A stretch of 64,000 nt of DNA from Roseburia sp. (GCA_017549185.1 JAFYVJ010000076.1:25048-89047); one strand, 5' to 3'. Positions 1-10,991 are shown, counted from the first letter of the stretch. Notes: generated by a model not told the origin, from the letters alone. Translations and numbers: made by a program.

Positions 1-340
1 TTGATTCATTCACAGGCTTCATCAGGTAGTGAAGTGCCGACACCTCATAGCCTTCTGCAATGTAATCGGAGTAACCGGTAATAAAGACAATCTGAACTGC
101 TTCGTTATCCTTACGCACCTGCTTTGCCATGGTTACGCCATCCATAGCACCCATTTCTATATCCAGCAAAAGGATGTCCCATGCCTTATCTTCTGCATAA
201 CGGAACAGAAAACTCTCTGCCGACGGAAAGCACTCGGTCTGAATGTTTAACTCACGCACTGCTGCCCATTTACTTAAAATACTCTGCACAAATTCTGCAT
301 CCTGTACGCAGTCGTCACAAATCGCAACCCGATAAGACAT
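1..340 (-). CDS. LytTR/AlgR-type response regulator, N-terminal receiver domain (truncated by window edge)
   Basis: Hand translation from ATG at 340 (RBS AGGTGAG): MSYRVAICDD...WDILLLDIEMGAMDGVTMAKQVRK...IVFITGYSDYIAEGYEVSALHYLMKPV. Not in the ORF track because its stop lies outside the window. Confidence 0.85.
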   Translation of the reverse strand, partial: MSYRVAICDDCVQDAEFVQSILSKWAAVRELNIQTECFPSAESFLFRYAEDKAWDILLLDIEMGAMDGVTMAKQVRKDNEAVQIVFITGYSDYIAEGYEVSALHYLMKPVNES

Positions 341-423
341 GTACTCACCTTCTTTCTTTATTTCTCAAATCTTCGTAGCGTTCAAAATTCACTTGCACGC
401 TTTGCAAGTCATCTCCGCCACCT

Positions 424-2571
424 CTAGCTGTTCAGTTTCATAGTCAGCTGAATTCTCTGCTTCTTTACATCCACGCTCATAACTTTTACTTCTACGATGT
501 CACCAACACTCACTACCTCAAGCGGATGCTTGATGTACTTATCACAAATCTGCGAAATGTGAACCAGACCATCCTGATGCACACCAATATCTACGAACGC
601 GCCGAAGTCAATAACGTTGCGCACGGTTCCTTTTAAAATCATGCCCGGTGTCAAATCTTTCATTTCCAATACGTCACTGCGAAGGATTGGTTTTGGCATA
701 TCCTCACGAGGGTCACGTGCGGGTTTTTCCAATTCTTTTACGATATCCTGTAAAGTAATCGCACCGATGCCAAGTTCTTCTGCCAATTTATCGTAATTTG
801 AAACTTTCTTAGAGATGCCTTCTACTTTTCGATTCGTCACATCCTCTAAGGTATAGCCTAATTTTTCAAGTAACTTTTCAGTGGCTTCGTAACTTTCCGG
901 ATGTACGCCAGTTGCATCTAATGGATGTTTTCCTCCATTGATTCGCATAAAACCTGCACACTGTTCAAATGCTTTTGGACCTAATTTGGCTACTTTAAGC
1001 AACTGTTTTCTATTATCAAACTGACCGTTCTCTTCACGGTATGCCACGATATTTTTCGCAATCGTTTTGCTGATACCGGAAATGTATTCTAATAAAGATG
1101 CAGAAGCAGTATTTAAATCTACACCGACTTTATTTACACAATCTTCTACGACACCGCCAAGCGTTTCGCTCAATTTCTTCTGGTTCATATCGTGCTGGTA
1201 CTGGCCAACACCGATAGATTTCGGGTCGATTTTTACAAGTTCGGCCAACGGGTCCTGCAAACGACGTGCCATAGAAGTCGCACTACGCTGTCCCACGTCG
1301 AAGTTCGGGAACTCTTCTGTCGCAAGCTTACTTGCAGAGTACACAGAGGCACCGGACTCATTTACGATGATGTACTGTACTTTTACCGGAATCTCTTTTA
1401 ACAAGTCTACGATTACCTGCTCGGATTCTCTGGATGCTGTACCGTTACCAAGAGAAATCAAAGTAATATGGTATTTCGAAATCAATTTCTTTAAAACTAA
1501 TTTTGCTTCTTCTATTTTATTCTGTGGTGCAGTCGGATAAATAACTGTAGTATCCAAAACCTTACCAGTCGGGTCAACAACTGCCAACTTACAACCGGTT
1601 CTAAACGCCGGGTCCCATCCTAATACAACTTGTCCTGCAATTGGTGGCTGCATTAAGAGCTGCTCTAAGTTCTTACCAAAAACTTTAATCGCGCCATCTT
1701 CTGCTTTTTCTGTTAAATCACTTCTAATTTCACGCTCAATAGATGGTGCAATCAGACGCTCGTAAGCATCCACGATAACTTCCTGTAAAACAGGTGTGGT
1801 CTCCGGATTATCTTTTACAATAATCTGCTTTTCCAAATAGCGGATGATGTCCTCTACCGGAGCTTCAATTTTAACCGTCAAAATCTTTTCGTTCTCGCCA
1901 CGGTTCACTGCGAGCACACGATGACCTGCCAGTTTTGCAACAGGCTCGTTAAAATCATAATACATCTCGTATACAGTTTCCGCTTCCGGGTCTTTGGCAA
2001 TAGAAATCAGACGACCATTTTTTACAGTAAGATCACGGATTTTACTTCTGTAATCTGCTTCGTCAGAAATACTTTCAGCGATGATATCTTTTGCACCTGC
2101 AATCGCTTCTTCTGCAGAGTTCACTTCTTTTTCTGCATCGATATATTTAGCGGCTTCTTCTATTAAAGAAGTGCTAATCATCTGTAAAGAAATCACGTTT
2201 GCCAATGGTTCTAAACCTTTTTCCTTGGCGATAATCGCACGGGTTCTTCTCTTTGGCTTATACGGGCGGTACAAATCTTCTACCACTACCATGGTCTCTG
2301 CTGCAAGAATCTGGGCTTTCAATTCTTCTGTCAATTTGCCCTGTTCCTCGATGCTATTTAAAACAGTCTCTTTTCTCTCTTCTAAGTTACGAAGATATAC
2401 CAGTCGTTCATGCAGGTTACGAAGCTGTTCATCGTTTAATGCCCCTGTTACTTCTTTACGATAACGAGCGATAAATGGGATGGTATTACCTTCGTCGATT
2501 AATTTCACTGCTGCTTCCGTCTGAGTCTTTTTAATTCCAAGTTCTTCGGAAATTTTTACAATAATATCCAT
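424..2571 (-). CDS. tex: Tex family RNA-binding transcriptional accessory protein
   Basis: GNTIPFIARYRKE N-terminus, YqgF-like GWDPAFRTGCKLA, HhH region and C-terminal S1 domain (FGAFVDIGVHQDGLVHISQ). Confidence 0.95.
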   Translation of the reverse strand: MDIIVKISEELGIKKTQTEAAVKLIDEGNTIPFIARYRKEVTGALNDEQLRNLHERLVYLRNLEERKETVLNSIEEQGKLTEELKAQILAAETMVVVEDLYRPYKPKRRTRAIIAKEKGLEPLANVISLQMISTSLIEEAAKYIDAEKEVNSAEEAIAGAKDIIAESISDEADYRSKIRDLTVKNGRLISIAKDPEAETVYEMYYDFNEPVAKLAGHRVLAVNRGENEKILTVKIEAPVEDIIRYLEKQIIVKDNPETTPVLQEVIVDAYERLIAPSIEREIRSDLTEKAEDGAIKVFGKNLEQLLMQPPIAGQVVLGWDPAFRTGCKLAVVDPTGKVLDTTVIYPTAPQNKIEEAKLVLKKLISKYHITLISLGNGTASRESEQVIVDLLKEIPVKVQYIIVNESGASVYSASKLATEEFPNFDVGQRSATSMARRLQDPLAELVKIDPKSIGVGQYQHDMNQKKLSETLGGVVEDCVNKVGVDLNTASASLLEYISGISKTIAKNIVAYREENGQFDNRKQLLKVAKLGPKAFEQCAGFMRINGGKHPLDATGVHPESYEATEKLLEKLGYTLEDVTNRKVEGISKKVSNYDKLAEELGIGAITLQDIVKELEKPARDPREDMPKPILRSDVLEMKDLTPGMILKGTVRNVIDFGAFVDIGVHQDGLVHISQICDKYIKHPLEVVSVGDIVEVKVMSVDVKKQRIQLTMKLNS

Positions 2572-2702
2572 ATATTACAAATCCTCTTCCTTATCCTTTT
2601 CAATATAATATTCAGAATTTCTGCCATCTGCGTATATGCAATAGCAGTAACAGTATAACCTTATGATAGTCTCTTTGTCAAAATCTATTGTTAAAGTTTT
2701 TA

Positions 2703-2732
2703 TTGTCAGTTTTTTATCTTATGTGATATAAT
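2703..2732 (+). promoter_or_regulatory. sigma-A type promoter for the permease gene
   Basis: TTGTCA-18 nt-TATAAT with extended -10 TGn; RBS AGGAGG precedes ATG 2784. Confidence 0.55.
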
Positions 2733-2783
2733 CCACGATAGTTTTGCAAAAAATTAAAATTATTTACATTAGGAGGATTTATC

Positions 2784-4187
2784 ATGACTGAAAAAGACGA
2801 AGCAATCCGCGACGCCAAACAACTCGGCGTACCAAAAATGTTGCTTTTAGGTTTGCAGCACATGTTTGCCATGTTCGGTGCTACTGTTTTAGTACCTATC
2901 TTAGTAAACAGCTACTTTGGAGAATATGTATTAAGTGTTCAGGTTACTTTAATCTGTGCAGGTTTAGGAACACTCTTTTTCCATATTTGTACCAAATTTA
3001 AGATTCCTGCATTCTTAGGTTCTTCTTTTGCTTTCTTAGGCGGTTTCTCTACTATCGCCGGTATGAATGAAGGTGAATTTGCTACTATGACAAACGCAGA
3101 AAAACTTGGCTGTGCATGTGGTGGTATCGTTATAGCAGGTCTTTTCTATTTAGTACTTGCACTTATCATCAAATTAGTTGGTGTAAAAAAAGTAATGCGT
3201 TTCTTACCACCTGTTGTAACCGGACCAATCATTATCTGTATCGGTTTAAGCCTTGCAGGTTCTGCCGTAAATAATGCATCTACAAACTGGTTATTAGCAC
3301 TGATTGCATTAGGTACTATCATCATTTTCAACATCTGGGGCAAAGGAATGTTCAAAATCATTCCAATCCTTATGGGTGTTGTAATCTCTTATGCCGCCGC
3401 ATTACTTTTCAATGCTCTCGGTATGACAAACCCTGATGGCTCTGCAATCATCGACTTTACAAACATCGCATCTTCTGCTTGGGTTGGTTTTCCGGAATTT
3501 GCAATCTGCAAATTTAATATCTCTGCCATCCTTGTTATGGCACCAATCGCACTTGCAACCATGATGGAACATATCGGTGATATTTCAGCTATCTCAGCTA
3601 CTGTTGGTGAAAACTATGTAGAAGAACCAGGACTTCACCGTACATTAATCGGCGATGGTCTTGCAACTGCTTTCTCTGCATTCGTTGGCGGCCCAGCTAA
3701 TACAACTTATGGTGAAAATACAGGTGTATTAGAGTTAAGTAAAGTTTACGATCCAAAGGTTATCCGACTTGCAGCCGGTTATGCGATTATTTTAAGTTTT
3801 ATTCCAAAGGTATCGGCAATTATCGCTTCTATGCCTGCTGCTATTATCGGTGGTGTAAGCTTCATGCTTTATGGTATGATTTCTGCAATCGGCGTTCGTA
3901 ACGTAGTAGAAAACCATGTAGATTTTACAAAATCACGTAACTTAATTATTGCTGGCGTGATTTTTGTATGCGGCCTTGGTTTCTCAAATGGTCTTACATT
4001 CTACGTTGCCGGAACACCTATTACATTAACAGCTCTTGCAATCGCTGCTATCGCAGGTATCGTATTAAATGCGATTTTACCGGGAAATGATTATCATTTC
4101 GGTCATCTCGAAGGCGACGAGCACAGAGGGGTTGACATGCGTCCAAATTTACACGAAGACACAAGCTACGGTGACACCGAAGCATAA
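2784..4187 (+). CDS. Uracil-xanthine (NCS2) permease, UraA/PyrP-like
   Basis: LQHMFAMFGATVLVP, FLGSSFAF and NAT signature PANTTYGENTGV; multiple TM segments. Confidence 0.92.
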   Translation: MTEKDEAIRDAKQLGVPKMLLLGLQHMFAMFGATVLVPILVNSYFGEYVLSVQVTLICAGLGTLFFHICTKFKIPAFLGSSFAFLGGFSTIAGMNEGEFATMTNAEKLGCACGGIVIAGLFYLVLALIIKLVGVKKVMRFLPPVVTGPIIICIGLSLAGSAVNNASTNWLLALIALGTIIIFNIWGKGMFKIIPILMGVVISYAAALLFNALGMTNPDGSAIIDFTNIASSAWVGFPEFAICKFNISAILVMAPIALATMMEHIGDISAISATVGENYVEEPGLHRTLIGDGLATAFSAFVGGPANTTYGENTGVLELSKVYDPKVIRLAAGYAIILSFIPKVSAIIASMPAAIIGGVSFMLYGMISAIGVRNVVENHVDFTKSRNLIIAGVIFVCGLGFSNGLTFYVAGTPITLTALAIAAIAGIVLNAILPGNDYHFGHLEGDEHRGVDMRPNLHEDTSYGDTEA

Positions 4188-4229
4188 TTTACATTGTAAG
4201 ATTTGAAATAATAAAATGCATTGAAATTG

Positions 4230-4307
4230 AAATAAAAGAAAGGCTGTATGGAAGTTTCTTTATGCTAAGTACGCAAAAGAAACTTCCATACAGCCTTTCT
4301 TTTATTT
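4230..4307. terminator. Long perfect inverted repeat between convergent genes (bidirectional terminator or palindromic element)
   Basis: 32-bp arms AAATAAAAGAAAGGCTGTATGGAAGTTTCTTT / AAAGAAACTTCCATACAGCCTTTCTTTTATTT. Confidence 0.75.
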
Positions 4308-4372
4308 ATATTCACTCTATGGCAAAAATTCTAATCACCATGAACGAAATCAGCCTCTGTGCTTGAGCCTAA

Positions 4373-5218
4373 TTATAAATTCTTCAATACTTCAACACCT
4401 GCTACAAGGTAAGGATTCTCCATTTCGAAGAAACGTCCTTCATCTGCACTCTGTGCATAAGCCGGGTCAATAGGCATTTTTCCTAATACTTTCATATCAA
4501 GTTCTGCTGCAACTTCATCTACATGGCTTTCGCCAAACACTTTGATTTCCTTGCCACAATCCGGACATTTTAAGTAGCTGAAGTTCTCTACTACACCAAG
4601 TACCGGAACATTCATCATAGATGCCATGTTGTATGCCTTTTTCACAATCATCTGAACCAATTCCTGTGGAGATGTTACGATTACAATACCATCAACAGGA
4701 AGTGACTGGAAAACTGTCAATGGAACATCACCTGTTCCAGGAGGCATATCTACGAATAGATAATCTACCTCTCCCCAGATTGTTTCATTCCAAAACTGTT
4801 TTACAACACCCGCTAATACAGGTCCTCTCCAGATAACCGGCTGTTCCTCATCATCTAATAAAAGATTGATGGATATCACCTTTGTACCATCTTCTGCTTC
4901 CATTGGAATCATACCTTCTTCTGTCCCGTAAACCTGTCCGTGTAAACCGAACATCTTTGGAATCGATGGTCCCGTAATATCCGCATCCAAAATACCAACC
5001 TTATAACCTGCTTTATTCATTGCACTTGCTAAAGAAGCTGTCACAAATGACTTACCTACGCCACCTTTACCAGATACAACACCAATTACTTTCTTTACAT
5101 TAGAAGACGCATTCATTGGTTCTTTCTGAATACCGCTTCCGCCTTTTGCACTTGGACATCCTTCACAACTTTCTCTGCTACATGAAGATGCACTGCTACA
5201 ACTACTATTCTCTGCCAT
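4373..5218 (-). CDS. Mrp/NBP35 (ApbC) Fe-S carrier ATPase
   Basis: N-terminal Cys cluster, deviant Walker A SGKGGVGKS, DMPPGTGD, CPDC; ATG 5218 follows the RBS GGGAGG. Confidence 0.92.
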   Translation of the reverse strand: MAENSSCSSASSCSRESCEGCPSAKGGSGIQKEPMNASSNVKKVIGVVSGKGGVGKSFVTASLASAMNKAGYKVGILDADITGPSIPKMFGLHGQVYGTEEGMIPMEAEDGTKVISINLLLDDEEQPVIWRGPVLAGVVKQFWNETIWGEVDYLFVDMPPGTGDVPLTVFQSLPVDGIVIVTSPQELVQMIVKKAYNMASMMNVPVLGVVENFSYLKCPDCGKEIKVFGESHVDEVAAELDMKVLGKMPIDPAYAQSADEGRFFEMENPYLVAGVEVLKNL

Positions 5219-5302
5219 AATAATCCTCCCTACTTTTCCCATTTTACCGTTACATTAACTTCATGCATCGGCACAAAAACACATGAAGATATTATACAAC
5301 TT

Positions 5303-6622
5303 TTAATATCCGATTGCAAATCCCAATAATAATAACATACTCGTCAGCACTATATTTATCATCTGGAATGGCAAACTCCATTTCAACCACTTACCATAAT
5401 CCACACCACTGATTCCAAGTGCAATCAAAAGTACCGCATTGGTCGGATACATTACATTAGAAAATCCGTCACCAAATGCAAATGCTACAATACACAACTG
5501 TGCTGATATTCCAAAGGCTTCCGCCACCGGAACAATAAGCGGCATCAATAAAAAGGCTTTCGCAGAGCCGGATGAAATAAAGAAATTCATCACTAGTACA
5601 ATCAGATAGATAAACAAAATCACCGACCAACTCGGTAATGTTCCTGCAATTGTAATAGCAGCCTGCAAAAGTGTATCCAACACATTTCCTTCCACCAATG
5701 TATACTTGATAGAATTCGCCATAAGTATCATAAATACTGCCGGAAAAATGCTTATCATACCATTCCAAAACGTCTGGAATAAATTACCTAATCTGCAAGA
5801 CATTTTACTGGAAATCAATCCTGCTGCCAAGAATGTAACCGCTACGATAATCATGGTCAAATCCTGCAAAAAGCTAATAAACACAGAACTAAGCACAAGT
5901 AAAATTCCACCTGCCATAATACACAAGAACACCTTTAGTGCTTTGTCCATCTTTTCATCCGTTGCTGTCACATAAACCTGATTCTCCTGCAATGGCTGTT
6001 CTATTTTTTTCGCATAACGGGTTAAAAACCATACTAATAACGCATATACCAGTGCAAAGCTGATAAGTCGAAACCAAATGCCCGAAAACATCGGCAGTCC
6101 TGCCAGCTCCTGTGCCACGCCCACTGTAAACGGATTACACACACCTGCTGCAAAACCACAACCGATAGCAAGCAAGCTCATACCGATTCCTACTAAGGCA
6201 TCCCATCCCAACCGGACAGATAATGCAATCATAATCGGCACTAACGGTACACATTCTTCAAACGAACCGATAAACGACCCCATTGCCATAAAAAACAACG
6301 ATACATATGCCAAAAGTTTATAACGGTCTTTTCCGTATCGTTCCGTAATATTCTCAAGCATATAAATCATGAGTCCACTTTTATCAAGACAGTTGAATAC
6401 ACCTCCAATCACCAGTAAAAAAATAATCACTGCTATTAAAGATCCATTTCCCTCACTGCCTAACACCAAAATCGGAGACAACGCCCACTGCCAAAACGGC
6501 ATATAAGCTCCCGGTACAACAAATGTCAAACCATAAGTCCCCACCATCATAATAAAAATCACGATTATCGCCGTAAGAAACGATTTTACACCAACATTTA
6601 ATCCTTTTTTTTCTTCACTCAT
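5303..6622 (-). CDS. YfcC/AbgT-like membrane transporter
   Basis: Polytopic; NPFTVGVAQELAGLPMFSG, ISSGSAKA and GDGFSNVMYPTN motifs typical of YfcC; start overlaps upstream stop. Confidence 0.75.
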   Translation of the reverse strand: MSEEKKGLNVGVKSFLTAIIVIFIMMVGTYGLTFVVPGAYMPFWQWALSPILVLGSEGNGSLIAVIIFLLVIGGVFNCLDKSGLMIYMLENITERYGKDRYKLLAYVSLFFMAMGSFIGSFEECVPLVPIMIALSVRLGWDALVGIGMSLLAIGCGFAAGVCNPFTVGVAQELAGLPMFSGIWFRLISFALVYALLVWFLTRYAKKIEQPLQENQVYVTATDEKMDKALKVFLCIMAGGILLVLSSVFISFLQDLTMIIVAVTFLAAGLISSKMSCRLGNLFQTFWNGMISIFPAVFMILMANSIKYTLVEGNVLDTLLQAAITIAGTLPSWSVILFIYLIVLVMNFFISSGSAKAFLLMPLIVPVAEAFGISAQLCIVAFAFGDGFSNVMYPTNAVLLIALGISGVDYGKWLKWSLPFQMINIVLTSMLLLLGFAIGY

Positions 6623-7815
6623 CTCAACCACTTCAACACTTCTTCAAACTTTTTTTCTTCCCAGATAACAGGAACCGGATAGGTAGGATTGCCTTCCTTT
6701 ACTGCTCTGCTTGTAAGTGTTTTAAAATCCTTTTCCTGTAATTCCGCTACTTTATCTGGAATGTTCATTTTTTTATTCATCTCTCGAATTGAATCAATGA
6801 ACGCCTTCGCATTCTTCTGTTCGGATGCACCACCGATACCAACCAGCTCTGCAAGGTTAGATAATTTTTTGCTTGCAGCATCTCCAAATGCTTCCAACAC
6901 ATATGGCATTATAATCGCATTCGCCATACCATGCGTCACTCCATAAAGCCCACCTATACCATGAGCAAGCGCGTGCACATAACCGATAAAGTTACTATTA
7001 ATCGCCATGCCCGCATAGTAAGACGCAAGTAGCATATTTTCTCTAGCCTTGATGTTACTGCCATCTTCATACGCTGTCAACAAATTCTCATATATTAATT
7101 TCACTGCTTCGTACGCCTGTTTTTTGGCCGTTGGCGAACAAAAACGATTCGTATATGCTTCAACTGCATGGGTCAACGCATCCATGCCCGTCACTGCTGT
7201 GATATGTGCCGGAAGTCCAACTGTCAACTCCGGGTCTAAAATTGCATATTGGGGAACCAAACACAAATCCAATATTGTAAATTTATAATGGTCTGCTGCA
7301 TTGGTAATAACTGCCCCTGCTGTCGCTTCAGAACCAGTTCCTGCCGTCGTCGGTACTGCATAGATATTTGGAATACGTTTTAGAACTTTAAGCAATCCTG
7401 CCATCTGCGGTATGGATTTCTTTGGTCTGGCAATTCTCGCTCCCAAAGCCTTTGAACAATCAATAACCGAACCACCGCCAATCGCTATGATTGCTTCACA
7501 TTGCTCTTTACTATAATGTGCCACTGCCTCTTCAATACAATCCGTTGTCGGATCAGGCTGTACTTCTGAAAAAACAGCATAAGATACTCCCGCCTTTGTT
7601 AGACTTTCAAAAAATGGTGTCAGACTTCCACGTCTGATAAATCCCGGTGTCGTTACTACCAGAACTTTTTTCAATCCTTCCTGTTTTACCAATTCCGGAA
7701 TTTTATAGATGCTGCCTGCACCTGATAGCACCTTTGCATCTCGCAATGGTGCCAGATACATAAACGCACTAAACCCAAACTGGCGCACACGATAATATAC
7801 ATTCCTTAGTTTCAT
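6619..7815 (-). CDS. Iron-containing alcohol dehydrogenase
   Basis: GGGSVID, PTTAGTGSEAT, GMDALTHAVEAY, HALAH...HG. Confidence 0.92.
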   Translation of the reverse strand: MKLRNVYYRVRQFGFSAFMYLAPLRDAKVLSGAGSIYKIPELVKQEGLKKVLVVTTPGFIRRGSLTPFFESLTKAGVSYAVFSEVQPDPTTDCIEEAVAHYSKEQCEAIIAIGGGSVIDCSKALGARIARPKKSIPQMAGLLKVLKRIPNIYAVPTTAGTGSEATAGAVITNAADHYKFTILDLCLVPQYAILDPELTVGLPAHITAVTGMDALTHAVEAYTNRFCSPTAKKQAYEAVKLIYENLLTAYEDGSNIKARENMLLASYYAGMAINSNFIGYVHALAHGIGGLYGVTHGMANAIIMPYVLEAFGDAASKKLSNLAELVGIGGASEQKNAKAFIDSIREMNKKMNIPDKVAELQEKDFKTLTSRAVKEGNPTYPVPVIWEEKKFEEVLKWLR

Positions 7816-7902
7816 TTTCTAATTCCTCGTTCACATCTATTTCTTCTGTTATATAAAAGGCATTTCTGCACCATACAGAAACGCCCTACTACTCTCACAG
7901 TT

Positions 7903-9054
7903 TTAATAAAAAATGTGATTACCTATAATGGTGCCGTTAATACCTGGTATAACAGTACGGAAAAACAGGCACTTATTTGTAATATTTCCATTAAGCACTT
8001 CTAAAGCTGCCCGTTTACACTCCTCATTTACACCTGCCTCTAAACGATATGCCAGACGTCCACTGGCTACCGGTGCAAACTGTTTCTTCTGATAAACCAC
8101 TTCCGTAATCGTATTTGGGAACCTTGGATGTGCAACACGATTTAAAACTACGCTTCCTACAGCAAGCTTCCCTTCATAGGGTTCTCCCTCTGACTCACAC
8201 TGGATAATGGCAGCCAAAAGATACGCCTCACCTTCTGCCGGGGTATAGTTACCACTAACCCATTCACCACCCATATTCTGGATTTCTTCCCAAAGTTTTA
8301 AATCCTGCTCTAACTTCTCAGCTTCCAACTTGCGTTCATACTCTTCCCAGTATTTAAGCTGTGCCTCTAAATCTTCTACTTTATCTTGTGCATTTGCAAT
8401 ATCTGTCTTAGTCTGCGAAATATTACTCTCCGTCTTGGCAATCAGACTATTCACTTCTGAACGCTTACCTTCCATATCGTCCTTTAAAGCTAAAAGTTCC
8501 TTCTCTTCTTCTTCTAACAATGCCTTTTTCTCTGAAATCTCCTGCTGCAATTGCTGATATTCCTTCAATTTCTCTCTGTCATATGTATTAATACTTGCTA
8601 CATATTCTGTCTGATTCAAAAAATCTGACATGGATTCTGAACCAAAAAACATAGACAACATAGAAGTATTACCATTTTCATACATATACTGAATACGAAG
8701 CTTCATATCTTCATACTGCTTAATAGAACGCTTTTCTGCTGCATCTAACTCCGCAGTAGTCACTGCAATCTCGTCCTGCTTATTGGTAATCTGCTCTTCT
8801 AATTCTCCAAGTTCATTTGCCAAAACCTGAAGGTTACTATTCAAATCCTTCAGATTGCCTTCTAACTTGTCCTTTTTATCGTTATGCTTGTCTAATTCTT
8901 TTTCAGCCTCGTCTACCTGGTCCTTTAAATTATCCACCTGCTCTTTTGCATCGTTAATATCATCCTGTGTAACAGTCGCATAAACGGTAGTCACCGATAG
9001 ACAGCATAATATTAATAAAGATGCAATCACACGCTTAATCTGTATTTTTTTCAT
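7903..9054 (-). CDS. Secreted coiled-coil cell wall hydrolase (C-terminal SleB-type Hydrolase_2 domain)
   Basis: Signal peptide MKKIQIKR...VYA, long coiled coil, ESEGEPYEGKLAVGSVVLNRV...QFAPV...IGNHIFY; likely start ATG 9054. Confidence 0.85.
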   Translation of the reverse strand: MKKIQIKRVIASLLILCCLSVTTVYATVTQDDINDAKEQVDNLKDQVDEAEKELDKHNDKKDKLEGNLKDLNSNLQVLANELGELEEQITNKQDEIAVTTAELDAAEKRSIKQYEDMKLRIQYMYENGNTSMLSMFFGSESMSDFLNQTEYVASINTYDREKLKEYQQLQQEISEKKALLEEEEKELLALKDDMEGKRSEVNSLIAKTESNISQTKTDIANAQDKVEDLEAQLKYWEEYERKLEAEKLEQDLKLWEEIQNMGGEWVSGNYTPAEGEAYLLAAIIQCESEGEPYEGKLAVGSVVLNRVAHPRFPNTITEVVYQKKQFAPVASGRLAYRLEAGVNEECKRAALEVLNGNITNKCLFFRTVIPGINGTIIGNHIFY

Positions 9055-9210
9055 GCACAATCCTCTTCTGCTTACAATACCCCAAATTATCATATCTATT
9101 TTATCAGATTCCCTCCGAGCTTTCAACCAATATACACTATATATTGCTGTAGACTCAACTAGAAAAAAGAGCTTTTGCATCTGCAAAAGCTCTTAACATC
9201 TTTCCATCTT

Positions 9211-10002
9211 CTATTTCCACAAAACCTCTCCACCTATTGACTCCGCCAACGCGATACATCCTCGGTAGTTCTCTTCATCTAACATTTCTTCTGGTCTATG
9301 CGCGTCCACTCCTATGATAAAGTCACAGCCCTCCTGCACACCAATCTCTAAAAAAGCTTTTTTCGGATATTGTTTCTGCTCTCTGTAACCGTTCACATTT
9401 ATTTCAATTGGCATATTGTGATCTTTTAAATATCTTGCCAATCTACGCATATGTTTCTCATAAATGTCAGCATCTCCCACATAATTGATAATATCCGGAT
9501 GTGCCACATAAGTAAACAATCCGGTATCAACTGCAGTCGTCAATCGTTCCACATACGTTTCTAAACGGGATTCTTCTTCCCATTTGCGCCCGGTATATTC
9601 AAACCCAACTTCATCATCAAAACAGTGCTGTCCAAGAATTAGATAATCCATCGGATACTTCATAATCTCTGCAAATGTTCTGTCAAAAAGTTTTGGAAAA
9701 TATTCCATCTCCAGACCTGTGAATATTTGAATCTCATTCTTATACTCACTTTTCAATTCCTCGATGGTTCGCACATAACCTTCCAGTTCTTCCATAAACA
9801 TACGAATATGCGAAACATGCCCACCTTCGAACAGATATGGTGCATGGTCAGAAAAACCTAATACTTTAAACCCTGCTTTTATCGCATTCTCGACATACTC
9901 TCGTTCCGTCCCCGTTGCATGTTTACAACGAGTTGTGTGTGCATGGAAATTACATTTTTTGTCTTTGTAATCGTATAAATTAAAGGTTGGAAATTTATTC
10001 AT
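9211..10002 (-). CDS. PHP-family histidinol-phosphatase-like protein
   Basis: HAHT, GFSDHAP, GLEMEY, AHPD and DAH PHP motifs. Confidence 0.85.
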   Translation of the reverse strand: MNKFPTFNLYDYKDKKCNFHAHTTRCKHATGTEREYVENAIKAGFKVLGFSDHAPYLFEGGHVSHIRMFMEELEGYVRTIEELKSEYKNEIQIFTGLEMEYFPKLFDRTFAEIMKYPMDYLILGQHCFDDEVGFEYTGRKWEEESRLETYVERLTTAVDTGLFTYVAHPDIINYVGDADIYEKHMRRLARYLKDHNMPIEINVNGYREQKQYPKKAFLEIGVQEGCDFIIGVDAHRPEEMLDEENYRGCIALAESIGGEVLWK

Positions 10003-10222
10003 TTCTCTAATTTTCTTCCTTATCCTTTTTATCTTTCTAATAACCTACTACAAATCTCACGACGTATGCTATTGATTGTAGTCTTCCCCTGATAATATGA
10101 TATTTATTCATAGCTTGGATCTGTTGATCTCAATATGACACTTCGTGTTCCGCAAATACCAGAACTACATAACCTCTAAGTGTACCTTGCATTTTTCACT
10201 TTGACTTATCACCAAAGAAATT

Positions 10223-10921
10223 TTACAACTCAACAATAAATGATTCTACTAATTTTGCGCAATGTTCTGCTGCTTTATGCTCAAATGTCGGATAATCCAT
10301 CTCCGCAGAGTCATCTGCCTTATCCGAAATCGCACGTAAAATTACAAAAGGCACACCATTTAAGTAAGCTGCCTGTCCAACTGCCGCACCTTCCATCTCT
10401 GTACAAAGGCCATGGAAATTATCTGTGATACGCTGTTTTACTGCTTTATCTGCAACAAACTGGTCACCGCTTACGATAAGTCCTGAGAATACTTTTATTT
10501 CAGTATTTACTTTTTCACAAACTTCTTTTGCTAACGCAGCCATCTTCTCATCTGCCGGGAATGTTAATGTACCAATCTGTGGAATCTCACCCAAAGGATA
10601 TCCAAAATTGGTCGCATCCACATCATGTTGTAATACTTCTGTAGACACAACAATATCACCTATATCAATCGCTGCATTTAATGAACCTGCTACACCGGTA
10701 TTAATAATATGTGTAACACCAAATAAATCTGATAAAATCTGTGTACACATGCCGGCATTTACTTTACCAATACCGCTTCGTACAATTACTACCTCTACGC
10801 CATTTAATGTTCCCTCAAAAAATTCCATTCGAGCTTTTTTAGTAGTAGACTTTACCTCCATTTTCGATTTTAAAGTTTCTACTTCTAACTCCATCGCTCC
10901 GATAATTCCAATTTTTTTCAT
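10223..10921 (-). CDS. mtnN: 5'-methylthioadenosine/S-adenosylhomocysteine nucleosidase
   Basis: IGIIGAM, SGIGKVNA, INTGVAG, SGDQF, EMEGAA, RAISD. Confidence 0.95.
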   Translation of the reverse strand: MKKIGIIGAMELEVETLKSKMEVKSTTKKARMEFFEGTLNGVEVVIVRSGIGKVNAGMCTQILSDLFGVTHIINTGVAGSLNAAIDIGDIVVSTEVLQHDVDATNFGYPLGEIPQIGTLTFPADEKMAALAKEVCEKVNTEIKVFSGLIVSGDQFVADKAVKQRITDNFHGLCTEMEGAAVGQAAYLNGVPFVILRAISDKADDSAEMDYPTFEHKAAEHCAKLVESFIVEL

Positions 10922-10991
10922 ATGTCCTCATTTCTGCTGACTTCTCAGCTAAATTATGTCTATATCATTATTTGCATTAAACTGCACATAA

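Noticed and set aside
29-378. Plus-strand ORFs 29-250 and 181-378 and the many other short antisense ORFs in the track
   Set aside because: They lie opposite well-supported genes, lack an RBS and have no recognisable motifs.
2572-2783. PyrR attenuator or purine riboswitch before the uracil permease
   Set aside because: The leader between the promoter and ATG is about 50 nt with no PyrR-binding loop or terminator hairpin visible.
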